Shown here: positions 1-15,476 of the stretch, in pieces
How positions within the stretch are numbered: the stretch's first letter is position 1
Layout: every line of letters begins with the position of its first letter
NCBI RefSeq assembly: GCF_009914755.1
Contig: NC_060927.1
Direction: 5' to 3' (one strand)
DNA: 64,000 nt
DNA from: the human T2T-CHM13v2.0 reference genome, Homo sapiens
Made by a program: the position numbers and the translations under genes
Notes under the pieces: generated by a model
What the model saw: only the letters and a program-made list of their open reading frames with translations
The model's database searches: none
Told to the model about the DNA's origin: nothing

Positions 1-1639
1 AATAATAAAGTTATAAAGAGCTTCAATGAATGGGTCAAACTGAAGAAAAGTACAAACTTCCAAGAGAATCGCAGGGAATGTTATGTACATCGACACAAGT
101 ATATCTCTAGACAGAACTTGGAACTCTGTTTCTTATTTTAGAAGTATCTATAAAGTCCTTTATTGAGATATGTTAAGTCTATTGATTATATTTATGCTAC
201 TGGAGATTATTTTAAATATATCTTTATTTTCATGAAGTCTACGTTCAGAGGCAATGTGGAAAGTTACTTGTATTATAGACAGGTAAGAAAAAACATATTT
301 CTGCTAAATATACTTATTATGATCTATTCTAGAAGGCCAAGGGATACCAGGTGTCTGGAGCATGGCTGGGAACACATGGGGTTTGGAAAGGAGTGGGAGA
401 AATTATGTGAGAATAAGCTGAAGACAAACATTTGTTATTTTGATAGTCAGAGATTCCATTTCTCTTTCCTTCCTGATGAACCTTTTGGTAAATTTAAAAT
501 CAGACCAAGGATTCACAGGAGCTATATCAGTAATTTAGCTCACATACAATATGGGTTAGATGGAATTTTGTGGGAAGCAATTACTAAACATAACATTGCA
601 TTGCACCTTCGGGAAAACAAGTTTAGAATCCCAACTAACAGACCTACGAATAAAATTTTTATAACAATATCTGTCTATAAACTAGGACTTATGCACCTAA
701 CCAAAATAAATATTGCTTCTCCTGAAAGTAAGAGATGACTATTTTGAAGATTTTCTTTACATTTCTGGAATACTTCCATCTGTGTTTTGAAGCATGATAG
801 ATTCCCTGAAGTGTTATGAGATAGTTCTTCTCTCAGGATAGTATGTTTAGTGTGGGTTGCTATTGTGGCAAAATAAATCACATCTGAATGTCCTGTGTTT
901 AAAACTGCAATATCAAGGACTTGGGTTTGCTTTGTAGTCTATGACTCAGCCACACAGTAAAAAATTAATGTCTATTCATTATAATCTTCTTTAAAATAAT
1001 ATTTAAATGAAAAAGGAAGCCCGATTTTAATAACCTGTTAAGACTTAATCTTATAAACTTGAAATTTAATTATAAAGTAGAAGTATGAACTTTCTTTTTC
1101 TGTTACTTTTGCGTTAATTTTGAGAAGATGAGGAGTGTCTCATTTCAATTTTTGTTTTTGAGATATAGGATCTTATATTTAGGAAGGAGTGTAGACTCTG
1201 TCATACCAAGGGTGTGTTTAAATAAACCTCAGCTCATGAATGACTGATCTTAAGAATTAGAAAACATCTCTAGTGTGAGCAATTAGACCTACTTTTATTG
1301 TTAAGTTCTGGTTCAATAAGCATGAAATTCTAGGGAATGGATTGTGAGTTATAGCACTCCAGGGTCCTTACTTCATTGGCAACTTCTAATGTTTCTATAA
1401 TGAAACACCACTTTGATATTCAAAATTCTCCTTTGTTTAATGATCCCTGTAATGCATTTTGATGTTTCAATCACTCATGTGTTGGTTGAGCCCAGGTTTA
1501 GAAAATACTATCAATGTTGCCAACGATATTAAGGAAAAAAAAAAATCCAATGCAATGCACTATGCAAAGACAGATGAATAGATTGATGCAGAACTGGATA
1601 AATGTTGTATAAATAACTTGTTAATTTTAGCTGATATTC

Positions 1640-1960
1640 TGAGTAAAAGCATGCTTTCCTCTCCACTGAGGTTCTACATGGCCATGTGATACTTTCTGGG
1701 CTGTAATGTGTCACTTCTGAGTCAGCTATTTTGTCTTTGCTAGTCAATTATCTGGCCCTTTCTTTCCATACTGAAGTATTTGTGAAGCGTGTGTCAGAAT
1801 GTGGTCTGCGAACAGCCTTGTTTCATAAGTTATAACAATGAGCAGAGGCCTTCCCTGTCAACTCACACTGTGCCTGTAGAGTAAATAAGAAATAAACTTT
1901 TGTTGCTGAAGATGAGCCGGAATCTCATTGTAGCAAAATGTAGCCTATTCTGCTAATGCA
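1640..1960 (+). mobile_element. Old MaLR LTR (MLT1I/J/K-like)
   Basis: MLT1-type 3' end 'aagaaataaacttttgttgctgaag...gtagcctattctgctaatgca' and internal 'ggccatgtga', 'tgtgtcacttctg'. Confidence 0.55.
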
Positions 1961-3719
1961 AATAGAAAAATGGAAATGGATTTCTAGACAATTATTCGAT
2001 AAGTATTATATAAGGAACATAAGACAATATTTCTCATAAAAAGCTTTTCTTACCAGTTAAAATTTGTTACACCAATATTATATATCATCTGAAAATCATT
2101 CATTTTTTTTTCTTGGATGACCATTAAGTCAGGAAGTCAGACATTTGCATGTTCTTGTGCATTAATATCTGCTTATTGAAAGACCAATAATTAGGCTAGA
2201 ATCCAAGAAACATTTAATTCATTCTCTCCATTTCACACAAATAACTGAAATGAAAGAAATTTACCAAAGGTTACCTATGACAATAAAAACATGCATGATA
2301 AAAACCAATTTTCTGAAAAATGAAGTCAGGGGCCATTACTAAAATCACGTTTCATTTATATTATCATCTAGCTGTGCATGCATGAGGCAGCAGCAGAACT
2401 TTGCAGAGAAAAGGATGTATTACAGTGTCATTTTGCAGTGCATTAAAGAATGCATAAAAAGCATATTTTGCGATGGCAGAGGAAGAGTTATAGAAGAGGG
2501 AGAGGGTAGAGCAAACTATTCACAACACAAAAAGGAAAATCCCTCCAATTTTTATATGAATGTCCCACAACTATTGTTCCAAAGGGACTCAAAGTGGCTT
2601 TACAGTCCTCAAGTCCATATGTCAAGTAAGCCACAACAACTTTTTTGTAATCATTTCAATAGCAGTTATAAGTAAAAGCATATCTTCACCTTCTGAGAAA
2701 ACTGGTGTACAATTCAGGATCTTCTCTACAAATCTTCAGGCAAAATTCTATCTTCGGCAAAATTATTCCCTTTGATAATTTCTGAATTTGTCTAGCCTTT
2801 ATTTCTTTCCAATCAACATGTTTGATGTGTAAGTAGATTATTCTTACTTCACATATGTTCAGAAAAAAAGAAACCCTGATTCTTTCAAGACATCCTCAAA
2901 ATAATGACTTGAAGCTAAACTTATATTTATAAAAGTTGCCAAGATTTTTAGGTAAAATTCAATATAAATGTACCTAGTTAAATTGTATCACTGCTTATCA
3001 GAATCAGGCTATACCTGGTATGGTATCTGTGCTTTGTTTATCTCTGTTTTAATAGGCATTTCATTGACATTTTGATAGACTTCTCCAGTGCTTGAGGTTA
3101 TTAACTTCTGTGCTTCAAGTTATTAAAGTCAAAGCAATGCAATTAAAAGTACTCCTTTGATCATGTATTATTCACTTACTTTTAGCTTTGGATATTACAG
3201 CAGAAAATTTATAAAAAGCTCAAAGTTTTAGATACATCTGAAGAGACATTCCTAAATAATAACAGACTTTCTATAATTATTTCTTTGAAACTGCTGTCTG
3301 GACATTTTGAAATGCAATTATCGTTGACTGACACTACATATATATGAATTTGGAGCTACAATTTTTCGGACTTGATTTTCTGGTCCTTGAATGAAGAGTA
3401 AAGTACGTGAAAATTACTGTTGACAAAGCCAATAGTTTTGTATCCTTGAAAATATGGCAAGGAATTCAACTTCAAATGAAATTTATTTTATATTAAACTT
3501 GATTTTTATTTTATCAGGAGTATAGTGCATTCACTACGTAACCATGAATTCTGAGCTGACTGAAGTTCATAACTTATAATAACATCAATGATTATAACAG
3601 CTTTTATTATCAATATTCTACATTATTTCCATTTTTTCCTATAAATTCTGTATATGTATGTGTGTTTGTATGTGCAATTGTTGTGTTTAAAGTGAATGAC
3701 AAATTAAGAAGTATGTAGA

Positions 3720-4110
3720 ATTATTCCCCTTTTATAAATGAAAAGACTATAGCTTGAATCAGCTAAAGTTTCTGCACTGATAAATGTCAGAGCCAGAACA
3801 CAAATCCAGATTAATCTCATGCTAGCCATGTGATATTTTACTACACCGCTTTGCGTAGAATTGTGTTAAAATATATTTAAAAATGTATAGTGATAACAGC
3901 TGATATTTCCAGAGCTTTTAGTTTGTGCCAGGCACTGTTAACAGCGATTCAAATAGTTTGAGCCATTACTTCTCACAGCATCTCTACATTATTTTACAGA
4001 TAATGCATGGAATAGAGAGACTGCACAATGTACTAAATTCATACAGGTAGTAATTGAGCCAGGATTTTACTCAGTTGCAGAATCGAGGCTCTTCACCAGC
4101 CTATTTACTC
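3720..4110 (-). mobile_element. Two adjacent MIR SINE fragments
   Basis: MIR cores 'ttattccccttttataaatgaaaagact' and 'tgtgccaggcactgt...attttacagataatg'. Confidence 0.55.
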
Positions 4111-4879
4111 TGACTTTTAGTTCTAACTCTATCATCTTAGAGAAGGAAAACATTTTCATGAATGCTGTATTCGAGCTCCCTTCCAGAATAAGAAAATGCT
4201 GTATGGATTCCCCACCTGTTCACACTTCTACCTTGTTTCAAAACTTTGTTGTCTTCATTGATTCCAATCTACCCAGTACCCAGGTTTCATACTGTGTGAA
4301 AACATTTTGAAGTTTTATTTGCAAATAAAAATGATTCTGAGGACACCAGTCTCTTCAGTGAGTGTAATGAGTATATGATAATTTCTGCTAAAGATGCAGG
4401 AGAGTGGATTTGTGATTCAGTTGTCACATATTTACCATACAAGATATAAATCCTTATCTAAGCTTAAACAAAAATGATATAAGTAACTCATCTATTGCTC
4501 TAGCTCTATCTTGTACCTCAGTTTTAAATTGTAGGCTTCTACCTAGTCTTAAATATTCAGCTTATTCCACAGTCTTTGTCAGGGTCTGTTTTGTTCATTT
4601 TGCCTGAGCATCTGCCTTAGAAAACTATTGACCACTCTGAAAACCAGTCTCTGTAGAGATGAGACTTTGTCTTCTCTTGACAGCCCCACTGTCTTTGGCT
4701 TGAAGGCAGTTGCCTTTTTTATGATGATGGATTGTTGCCATAAGGACTACTTACCTGACTGATTTTCTACTCTGTGTTTCACCATTCTCAAGTAATGTTC
4801 CTGGCTTACCAGACTGAGTTTCCTCCAGGAGCTCTGATTGTGGTGTCAATCTCATTATTACTTGAAGTGCTACTCAGAT

Positions 4880-5480
4880 GACATAGCTATAGAACTTTCA
4901 TCAATCTCTGCATATGTTTCAGACATTGATAACTTGCCAGCGTGTGTCTTAAAATACGCTGTTCTGAATCAAACAAAATGGAGCAGAACTCAGTGATACA
5001 CTCTCACTGTATCCTTGAACTTTATATTACACTTCTGTTACAATAGCCAAAAAACGGCATTAGACTTTGTAGCAGCCGGTATCCATGACTCCTGATGAAT
5101 TTGCAGGCAAACACAATTCATATAAGAATACTGTAAAGACAAATGTTCTCCTTATGCATCTAGTTAATTATTTAACATCTGGTTATAGGACTTCATTTTT
5201 ATGTATCTTAAATATTAACAAATAATCATATTTGAAGACTTTTCATCCTATGATTAAAAAAAATTCAGATTCAGTAAGTCACATAGTGGCTGTTTCTACT
5301 ATATTTGTGCCCTCAGCAAAGATGTCAAAATTATTTTTGATTAAAATAGACAGGGCCAAATTAGAGTTCTTTGGCATGCCCCAAAACATCTTCATTCAGC
5401 CTAACAATGAGCATCAATCAATTTTCTTTAAACACTTGTTGTCAACCAGAATGTGGATGCTACTGATGCTAGTGAACAAG
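4880..5480 (-). mobile_element. L3/CR1 LINE ORF2 relic
   Basis: Degenerate CR1-like tract 'tcttaaaatacgctgttctgaatcaaacaaaat...cttctgttacaatagccaaaaaacggcattag'. Confidence 0.45.
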
Positions 5481-5959
5481 GATTTATTGAGTGTTTGCAA
5501 AGGTTCCTGTCTATGATTATTTCCTCAGCTTATTTCTAATGAGAGGTAAGGTGGTTTTCTAGTCAGGTACATGTGATTTTCAATTTCATCAGAATTTCAA
5601 TACAACTTCTGTTTTAGTTGACACATAAAGTGCATAACCTTATCATCTTTAATAAAAAATGAGAACACAGCATTTTGGAACTTTTCAAAGAACATAATCT
5701 TGAGCTCTTTGATAAATTATATCTCTCCAATATAAAGTGAATAGGAATTACTCTCTATGACATATATTCTAAATACTCTGCAATTCTTACCACCCTCTCA
5801 TTACTTAAGTAATCAATACTTGGAAAGTGAACACATAGTGGAAGTTACATGGAACCCTTACATTGTATGCACATTTTTGTGAATATTTATTTTGGAAATA
5901 ATTTGCTTTATATTTATAATGCATTTATGTGAATTGAATGATATAGAAAAATGCAATTA

Positions 5960-6175
5960 TAATAATGTTTTATTAGGTATTTTATTATGACAGGAACTGT
6001 GCTAAATGCTATACATGCATGATCATATTTCATCTATGCAATGTATTTTTAAACACATTTTAAATACTCATAATTTGCCTATGAAGTAAGGAAAGCTTGA
6101 AGAGACAATCATTGGCCCATGAACAACAGCTAGAGCTCTGATTCAAGTGTCAGAGCCCACACTCTCAGACACCAA
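5960..6175 (-). mobile_element. MIR SINE
   Basis: 'ttattatgacaggaactgtgctaaatgct...gagctctgattcaagtgtcagagccc'. Confidence 0.45.
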
Positions 6176-8089
6176 CAGTGGCTGTTTTCTTAATGAAATT
6201 ATGACAGTTAAAAAAAAAGTTGTTTATGGGGACAGTACATAATGAGTATATGTTGACAGAGATTCAAAAGATTTTCAAATATTTTCCTGACTGAACCAGT
6301 AGCTCTTTGATATAAAAGTAGAGAAATACCTTGCTTGTCAATATCTTGTTTATTTTTCAATGTCATTTAGCTGCTCTTTGAGCAAAAATCATTTATTAAG
6401 AAAAGAAAATAAGGAAATCAATTTTTTCAATTACTGAATGTACAAACTTTCCCTCTGCAAAGGAATTTAAGGAATATATAATCTGCTCAAATGTTAATAC
6501 TTTCCATCAGAAACATCACAAACATGACTTCATCTGAATTTTATCCTGTTTTTCTATAGCTCAATCATGGAAAAGACCTCTGAAAAGATTTTTTTTTAAG
6601 TTTAGATTTTTTTTCTTTCCCTTTCTTTTGAATTAAAATTGATCTTATTAAATAAATCAAGGAAATGTTGGTACAGTATTTCTTATAACATGTGGGTTCA
6701 TTTCTAGTTAATTACTATTTATTGCTATTGCATTTTTTATAATAAAATGCATGGCACTCTTCTCATTCATCAGTCTTTAAGGTAACTTCATTAAAAATAA
6801 GTTTTTATGAAAAAACATTACATCATTTACTAAGTAATAATGACATTATTTTTGATGTGAGTTTAGTAATAAAAATGGGAAAAACGTTTCAAGCAGCTGA
6901 TAATTCAAAATTATCAACTGCAATTTTACTTGTAAACTGTGAAATCTAATACGTAACAAGTATTCATAAATAAGTCAATATAGATGTATATCCTCCAAAA
7001 GTAATTATAGCTTGCTTATAACATTATACAACGGGAAACTTTAAAATGCCTACCATTGAGAAAAATTGGGACTTATTAAATCAACTGTGAGATTTTATTA
7101 AGTCTTTAGACTTTTGAAGTAAATTTGATTCTGCAAAATTGCATTACAGTATACATTATAACATTTTTGTAAGATCAGAAAATATGCTGTAAGATAGATG
7201 GGCAAACAGGTAATTTCTATAACAATAAGCAAACAAAGTTTAAAGAGTGCTAGCATCTTGAGAGAAGTGGGATGCGTTGGGAGAAAAAACATACTTTAAA
7301 GTTATAATCTTGTGAATTTTTGTCTTATTTCAGAATGTACCAAGGCTGTCTATAAAACTTTGTGATAAATCTGAATTTTTCTTTCTTACACTTTATCTTT
7401 ATTTATATTTTATATAAGATATAAAATATTATAAAATACTGGGATTGTAATTATAGGATATAAATGGTACATTACTGAGTAAAACATTCCTTAAGCAGTA
7501 CTGTATTGATTAATCTGCCACCAGAAAACACACAGTAGAGAATTGCCCTGCATTCATAAAATTTTAATGTTTGTTCTTTTCTATTTGATGTAGGGAAAAT
7601 TATTATATAAATTAATATATTTGTAAAAATTAGGCTGGTTGAACAATTATTCACATTTGAGTGATTTACAAATCTTTTTAAATTGATTATTTTATTTATT
7701 CTTGATAGCACTGTATTTTCTAATAAATGCACAAAAAACATTGTAGTTTTGATCTTTAATTTTTATGAAATTTTTGTTGTAAAATTATCAGCCATGTTCT
7801 TCCTTCCCTTAATATTTATAATTTCTAGGATAAATAATAGTTCACAGCTTCAAAGCATTCAATATAATAATTGATATAGAAATAGAGGATTAAATTGTTT
7901 TACTTTTCATTATAAATAAAAAATTGTTCCTGACCACCTTATTAGTAGTAATTTCCTAGAGAGATAGATACATAGACACTTGGTGCTGAGTTTTATATTC
8001 TAGTCTGTTAACACTAGCTAATGTCACATACATAGATACAATGGAAACCTATTTCGTTGTTCTTTATGTCTTAAATCTTGTTTTATTTA

Positions 8090-9560
8090 TTCTATGAGAT
8101 AAATTTCAAACGATTTCAATTGAATAAAATTTCTTCGTGGTTTGAGTTACAAATGCATTAAATGTGCAAAGCCAGTTTGGATAATTGATTCCTTTACAGT
8201 ATTGAATGTTCTCATTTAAGTCACATCTCTCTAATGATATATTTTATGTTATTTCATGCATTCAGTTTAGTATTTTCTTCAGGTAGATGTGCAATTTCAT
8301 GTTTTATTTATAGATATTATATATGTTTTAAAGTGAAAAAATTCCCATTGTATGCTTTTACTAGTTATTAGTATGTATGTGTATATATGTGTTTATATTT
8401 ACGTATGTTTTGTATCTTAACAACTTAATGATATAATATCTAACAAATATAATTAAAATATTCTTCCAACATCTTTATACATTTCAGGCATGTAATGTAT
8501 GTCACCAATAGCATAACAAAGATCTCTGTAGGCACCAAAAAACTTAAAATTGTAAATATTTTGGATAAAAGTGAAACCTAGGCATCACCCTCACTAGTTG
8601 TGCATTCTCTATTCTCAGAAGCAAACCTTATACTGGTCATTATCCTGTCTGTATACGTTATATTTTACTTAATATGCATGTATAAAATATGCTACATAAT
8701 GTTATTTTGTCTATTTATAAATTATTTGTAAATTCCATTATAGTGTAAAAAGTTTTCTACAACTTGCATTGTTGCACAACTGCATAATTCTGTGATTTGT
8801 TAAGTTCACTTTTTATGGTTTTTCACTATACAGATAAATTTATATACATACAGCAAGTGATAAAAGTTTTGATTGTTTATAATTTCTTCCTTTCTCTTTT
8901 TCCATTTCTTCCTTTTCCATTTTCTTTCTTCTTTTTTACAAATAATGCTGCAATTTACATTCTTGAACACCTCTCCCTTGCAAACCCATCAGGTTTCTCT
9001 ACAATGTATCCCCAAGACATTTGTTGTTATCAACCTTACTATTGCGTCTTTCATCTCTGATTCATTTTAACTATGAGTGAGAGGGCATAAGTACTGATGC
9101 TGTGCACAGTTTACCATGCTTAATAGTCTCGGAGTTCTGGCTTTTTGACAATGTTATGAATGTAAAAAAGAATCTCATGGTACTTTTTATTTTATTTCTT
9201 TAATTATTAGTTGCGGCCAAACATCTTTTTATGTTTTTATTTCCCATTCAGTTTCCCTGTTTGGTTAAATGTCAATTGATATGTTTTCTCCTTTTTATTG
9301 ATACAGTTATTATGGATTCCTTATTGATTTGGAGTAGATCATTATATATTCTAGGTACTTATTTTAGTCACTCATTTATTGACTTCTTTTTAAAAAATAA
9401 TATGTATTTGATATGAAATGTTTTGTTTAATATAGTATAACTCTTCATTGATTTTCTTCATGGTTTATATTTCTGGTGGCTATTATTAGAAAGAATTCCC
9501 TAACTCCATGTCAAAAAAATTTTCTCCTATTTTTTTCTGAGTATTTTAAAGTGTTTTCCA
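8090..9560 (-). mobile_element. Old L1M (L1MC/ME-like) fragments
   Basis: Antisense L1 3'/ORF2 motifs such as 'ataatgctgcaatttacattcttgaacac', 'aatgtaaaaaagaatctcatggt', 'ttatatattctaggtact'. Confidence 0.55.
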
Positions 9561-11479
9561 GAACTAGTACAGATGAGGGGAGAAAAGCTAAAATGCTGCA
9601 AAATGTGAAGTACAGTAAGTTTCCAGTTTATCATCCACATTTTTTTCTACAGGCATAAAAGTAAATGGATCACTATTTTCTTCTGAGTGCTTGGTCTCAG
9701 CTAGCAGAAACAGGTGGTGCGCAATGCCTATCAGGAGTTTTTGGGTTTGTGCCTCTCTTAGAGTAAATACCATCTATAAGAGGATTATTCTTCAGCTGAC
9801 TCTCGGCAAAAGGTTAAGTGGGAATAAATAAATTCTTTTTCTTTTAGTCAAGCACACAGATTAAGCTGTAGGTCAAGAAAAGTTAGAAAATAAACATTCA
9901 TTAAAGAAAACAAATTTGTGTTCATGTAAAAAATGTTTCAATTCTGCAACTCTAAATTCAAAATAAAAGCTTTAGAATTTTTTTTTATTAATCACAACTG
10001 TCTTCATTGACCAACAATATTTTTTCCATAGTTTTATGATCAATTATATTCAGAATGTTCTTTAAAGCAACAATTGAAGACTTAGGGGAATTCTGAGTCT
10101 TGAAATATTAGATTATGCTCTGAAAAGTAAAGTACTGGTTACTATATTTTGTCTATTTAATATTTGGAAACATGTAAATCTTGCATAATGTAATAAAGAT
10201 ACCTAAAAATAATGCTCAAAATATATTGCTTAAAGAGATACTAAAAATAATTTGCCTGAATTTTTTTTGATTTAAAGATTAGGAAAGCCATGTTCAGATA
10301 GTTAAATGATGGCTCTTACATTTTAAAAGTTGCCAAATAGAATATTATGGTAAGGACTTGGTATCATGGCCCATTGTCTATTTTCTCTCCCAAGCTCTGT
10401 CCCTAGAATAGCCATAGTATCATAAAATCTTAATCCTGAAACAAGTTGATAATAGTGAGGTTGTGTAGTATATGTATATGTATTTTGCACATTGTGTAGG
10501 TATAAAAATGACATTTATCCTCAATTAAATGCTGAGCCTTTCCTTTTCCATTTAAAAAAAATAATTAGTAGCTGAACTGGAAAAAGCAAGCTGTCAAATA
10601 TGTGTTTCTTTTTTGATACCCTAAATAGAATACTTTCATATTAATTACCTGGTAGCAGCCAGCTATACAAATTACATTAGGAAGGTAGGGCTGAAAATAC
10701 TTCATAGTTATTTTGAGAAACAGTAGAAATACCTAAATGAATCTAGAGTGTAGCTTGTTATTTGCAAGCAAAAGTGATATGGTGTTTTAAAATAACCTAA
10801 TTTTAACTTGAATTGCTGAAAAGTTTTGATATTCATTCATACAAATAAGAAAGCTCAATAATATGGGAGAATGTGGGAGAAAAAAAAATCCCACAATAAA
10901 CCTGAGAACGCATTTTACATTATTTTCATGAGCAATGTTTGAAAGTAAATTTAATATTCTTGAACTATTTTATAGTTAGCCAAGAGAAATAATAAATATG
11001 AACAAACAATTTTGGCACTCATGAATCATTTTATATCAATGTTTTGATCATAATGGGCTTTCCTCTTCTGTGAGAAAACAGAAAGATTGAATTATTTACT
11101 TGCGATCTCACAAAAACATAATGAAGACAAAGTTTGAACCCAGGAGGTCCTGAGTCATCACTTTGAATTCATTCAGCAGCCTTTGCTTTGTTAACTCAGT
11201 ATTTACCATTTTCTTTCCTGCATGTAAACCATAGTTCCCTGGCTATATGCATGTAACTAACTAGGGAAGAGAGTTATTTAAAAATATTATTAGTAGACAT
11301 CACGACAGTAAAAGTGCCTGATTGTGACTAATCCCAGTATTATGATATAACTATTTCCAATTTATAGATACAGGCATGAAATACAGAGTGTGGATTTTTC
11401 TATATTAGATACCTGGTAAATATTTAATTGGTACTTTTATGTCAATCTTCTCCAACTTCATATGTCATAGATATATTGG

Positions 11480-11760
11480 AAACATATGCTTGTTTTCTTT
11501 GCAAGCGGCAGAAACCCAACTTGAACTAACTTAGGTTAAAAATTGGGGTATTTGTTGTCTCACAAATGGTAAAAAATGAAGAATTATCAAGCTATTGGAA
11601 GGACAGGGATAAAGTGATTAAAAATTCAGGATAATCGATGTTTTGTCCTTTATTCACTCAGACACACACAAACATTCACACATAGAGGCATCTGCTTTTC
11701 TCTGTGGTAGCTTTATCATCTTTTTACCAAAGACTTTCTCCATATAATAGGAAACGATAA
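11480..11760 (-). mobile_element. Old MaLR LTR fragment (MLT1K/L-like)
   Basis: 'ttgcaagcggcagaaacccaacttgaactaacttagg' resembles the MLT1 terminus. Confidence 0.4.
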
Positions 11761-12218
11761 TACCCAAAGTGCTCCTGGAAATGGACTTTGGTTGCAGGGT
11801 CTCTCAAGAACTTCCAGTTCCAATTAGACACAATACCTGTGTCTGGACCGACTAGAGACACAGAAAGTACACACCTGCATGTATGAACGTCCTCTTCTGC
11901 TTTAGAAGCCCACTCAAGAACAAAGCAAAACTCACTAAATAAGCATCTAGTTATGTATTAACTGTAAAAAAGATGAGTTAATATTTATTCAGTGTCTTCT
12001 GTGTGACTAATTCGTGGCTAGATGCCTCATATTTTATGTTGAATTCTCACAAAAGTCCTTTAGTTTGAGCATGATGTCCTACATTACTGTTAAGAATATA
12101 GAGAGTGGATAAGATTTGAACTCTCCTCCAAGCAAACCCCAGAACCCCTGTCTATATTATCTAATAAATAGAGATTAATGTTCACGGGGTTTAAAATTTA
12201 TTAAAAATAATTCATTAG

Positions 12219-12570
<352 letters not shown>

Positions 12571-14544
12571 AAGAGATTGAATTTTAAGCTATTTTGGAAA
12601 ATAATAGACAGGCATGTAACTACAATCAATCAAAAGAATTGAGTTTTGCCTAAAGTTGATGCAGATTTTTTTCCTTAAAGTGCATTATGTATCAAAAAAG
12701 TTATATTTCAGATTTTAAAGTGATTTTAAAATTGAAGTATATCAATATGGTAATTATAATTTCAGTGGGGAATTTTTACATTAAGATTCGTGTTAGTAGG
12801 CTATATGTTCGTGGTATTTTAAATTTCTACATTGATTAATAACAATTGTTTCTCAACTTACAAAGTAATAAAAAAACTACAAGAAAAATAGATAGATGTT
12901 CAATAAATATAAATCAAAATAATTCCAAAACAAAGAGATGAGTTGCATGAGCATGTTTTTTTCATAACCTCAAGTGCAATAGAAAGAGGAAATAATATCT
13001 GTTGTGTCAACAACTATGCTTTATAACTTTCTCATATGGAATTTGAGATGAGATAATATTTTGTTTTGGTTGATTTTGTATTGCTGTGGTATGGTTTCTT
13101 TTATTACTCCACTGAAGAAATCATCTTAAATGATATTCCTACTTTGGCTAATAATTTTATATTCCTTTAAATGTCTGGAATTAAGCACAATTCTAAAAAA
13201 GAAGACTTAGACACACTTAACATGGCATATTTCCAATACACTCCTGACTGTGTCTTTAACGTGATATGTGAATGCTCATGCCACAGAGCTGAACTTCAGT
13301 TTCCGTCGCCAAGGATGGCAATAGAGAGATTCTGTTGAAATGTTCATTCCAGAGGCTCAAGTGCTGATATAATTTTAATAATCCATGTGCAATCTCTCTC
13401 TCTCACTTGTTAACTAATAATTAGCAATATTGTGGCTAAAATGAATCTTTCCAGTAAATGTGCAGATCAAGAAAGTATGTTATGAAAATAAGGAGAGTTA
13501 GGCATTTTACCATTTGGAAACTGAGACCATGTTGGATAAATTCTGACATGTTTAGTTATGGGAAATGATAATTTTCTCCTGATACACAACAATAATTTCC
13601 TGAAATTTTTTGAAGATTGTAGACCGTAAGAAGGCCTGCATTGACTTTCTATGCCTATTCTTCTTTTAATAGCTACCTTACAACTAAATTCTGTGTTTTC
13701 TTTATATTGTTTGTGTACATAGAATGTTACATTCTAATCGTAATAAATAAACAGGTTGAAATTTGAAGTCATGACTTAAACCACTAAAAACACAGTCATT
13801 TTTTTTCTGAGACAATCTTTCATGTTTTTGAAATTTATTAGAAAATACCTAATTCAGATTCAGGATTCCCCACAAACAGTACAAACACCTGCGATGAGTG
13901 GGAAGAAGATTATAATAAGTGGACACTGCTATGCCATTTTATTTAGAAACACATTGGATTGGATTGCATCTCTCTTTACTCCCCAAATTCCCACCATTCT
14001 GGTGGGAGTGCAACACTCATTATGAAGGGTGATCTTAAAGTAATACACATTTTTCATTTGTTTATTTTGCAGGGAAATAGGATTAAATTTATTTTTTCTA
14101 TAAGGTTGGCACGTATTGCGAATGGTGTCATGTATTTTATATACTAAATTAATTTGCCTCAGCCCAGCTAAGCACACAAAGCATCAAGTCATATTTAGAG
14201 CATCAGCATAAGCACATATATGGTTTATGGAGTGCAGTGTTCTTGATGTTTTGGAAATTTATGTTCAATATTAATATTGAATTCCACTTGTTCTTTGTGA
14301 TCTGTTTTTAATCAATGTAGTATTCATTTCGTTCATCAGCTTTGTGTCAGATTAATGACTTTCAAACACTCACACTGAGATCCATGGCTCATGGTAGTTC
14401 TGTTAACTGCTTGCTTCAGGGTTGCTATTTCATGCTAAACAATAGCAATTAGATTATTTTGATTTTTACCCAGTGAAGGTTGAAATTGATTCTCTGTATA
14501 GCTATTTATATTTATTTACAGTTTTTTACAGCTTGGTTTTCACC

Positions 14545-14660
14545 AATCTACATTTACAAAGGATGAGTGAGGTTAAGTGCCTTGCCCAGAATCATCCCAG
14601 AAGGTGAATTAAGTTGAGATTAGAGTTCCAAATTTTAATCTTCCTGTGTCACTAACCCAT
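14545..14660 (-). mobile_element. MIR fragment
   Basis: 'cattttacaaaggatgagtgaggttaagtgccttgccc' core. Confidence 0.45.
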
Positions 14661-15147
14661 TCTGTTTTGGAAAGCATTAAAGGATTTCTCTGGCAATTTT
14701 CTTAAAACCCTTCAAATTTCATGATAAAGCTTAAATATTTGTTTCAAGGGAACTCCCTTATGATAAAATTTAAATGTAATAAATGTACATAATCAAATCC
14801 AGTAATAGTCATTTTAATTAACCAATTTATACATAATTTTAGCAAGACTATTAGTAATATAATTTTATGTCAAAAGAATTTTAATTTCTTTTTGTTTTAT
14901 AAATAAAATATGAATTGTTTTCATATAATGGTCTGTGAATTTGATAAATAGAAGTATAAATGCTCTTTTTACCCAACAGTTATTTTTAATTTTTGATAAA
15001 TATACTTAGAGCAGTTTATACTATGGTAAAGAATATTCTATACTTGTAGACTGCTAATTTGTAGCCGATTTCCATCTACAAAGGCTAATGCATTAATAAC
15101 CTAAGTTACAACAGATGACCTCGAATTAAAAATAACTCTTGTTGTAA

Positions 15148-15476
<329 letters not shown>

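Noticed and set aside
163-738. Longest ORF in the window (191 aa)
   Set aside because: TTG start, composition typical of AT-rich chance ORFs, no recognisable domain and no supporting exon structure.
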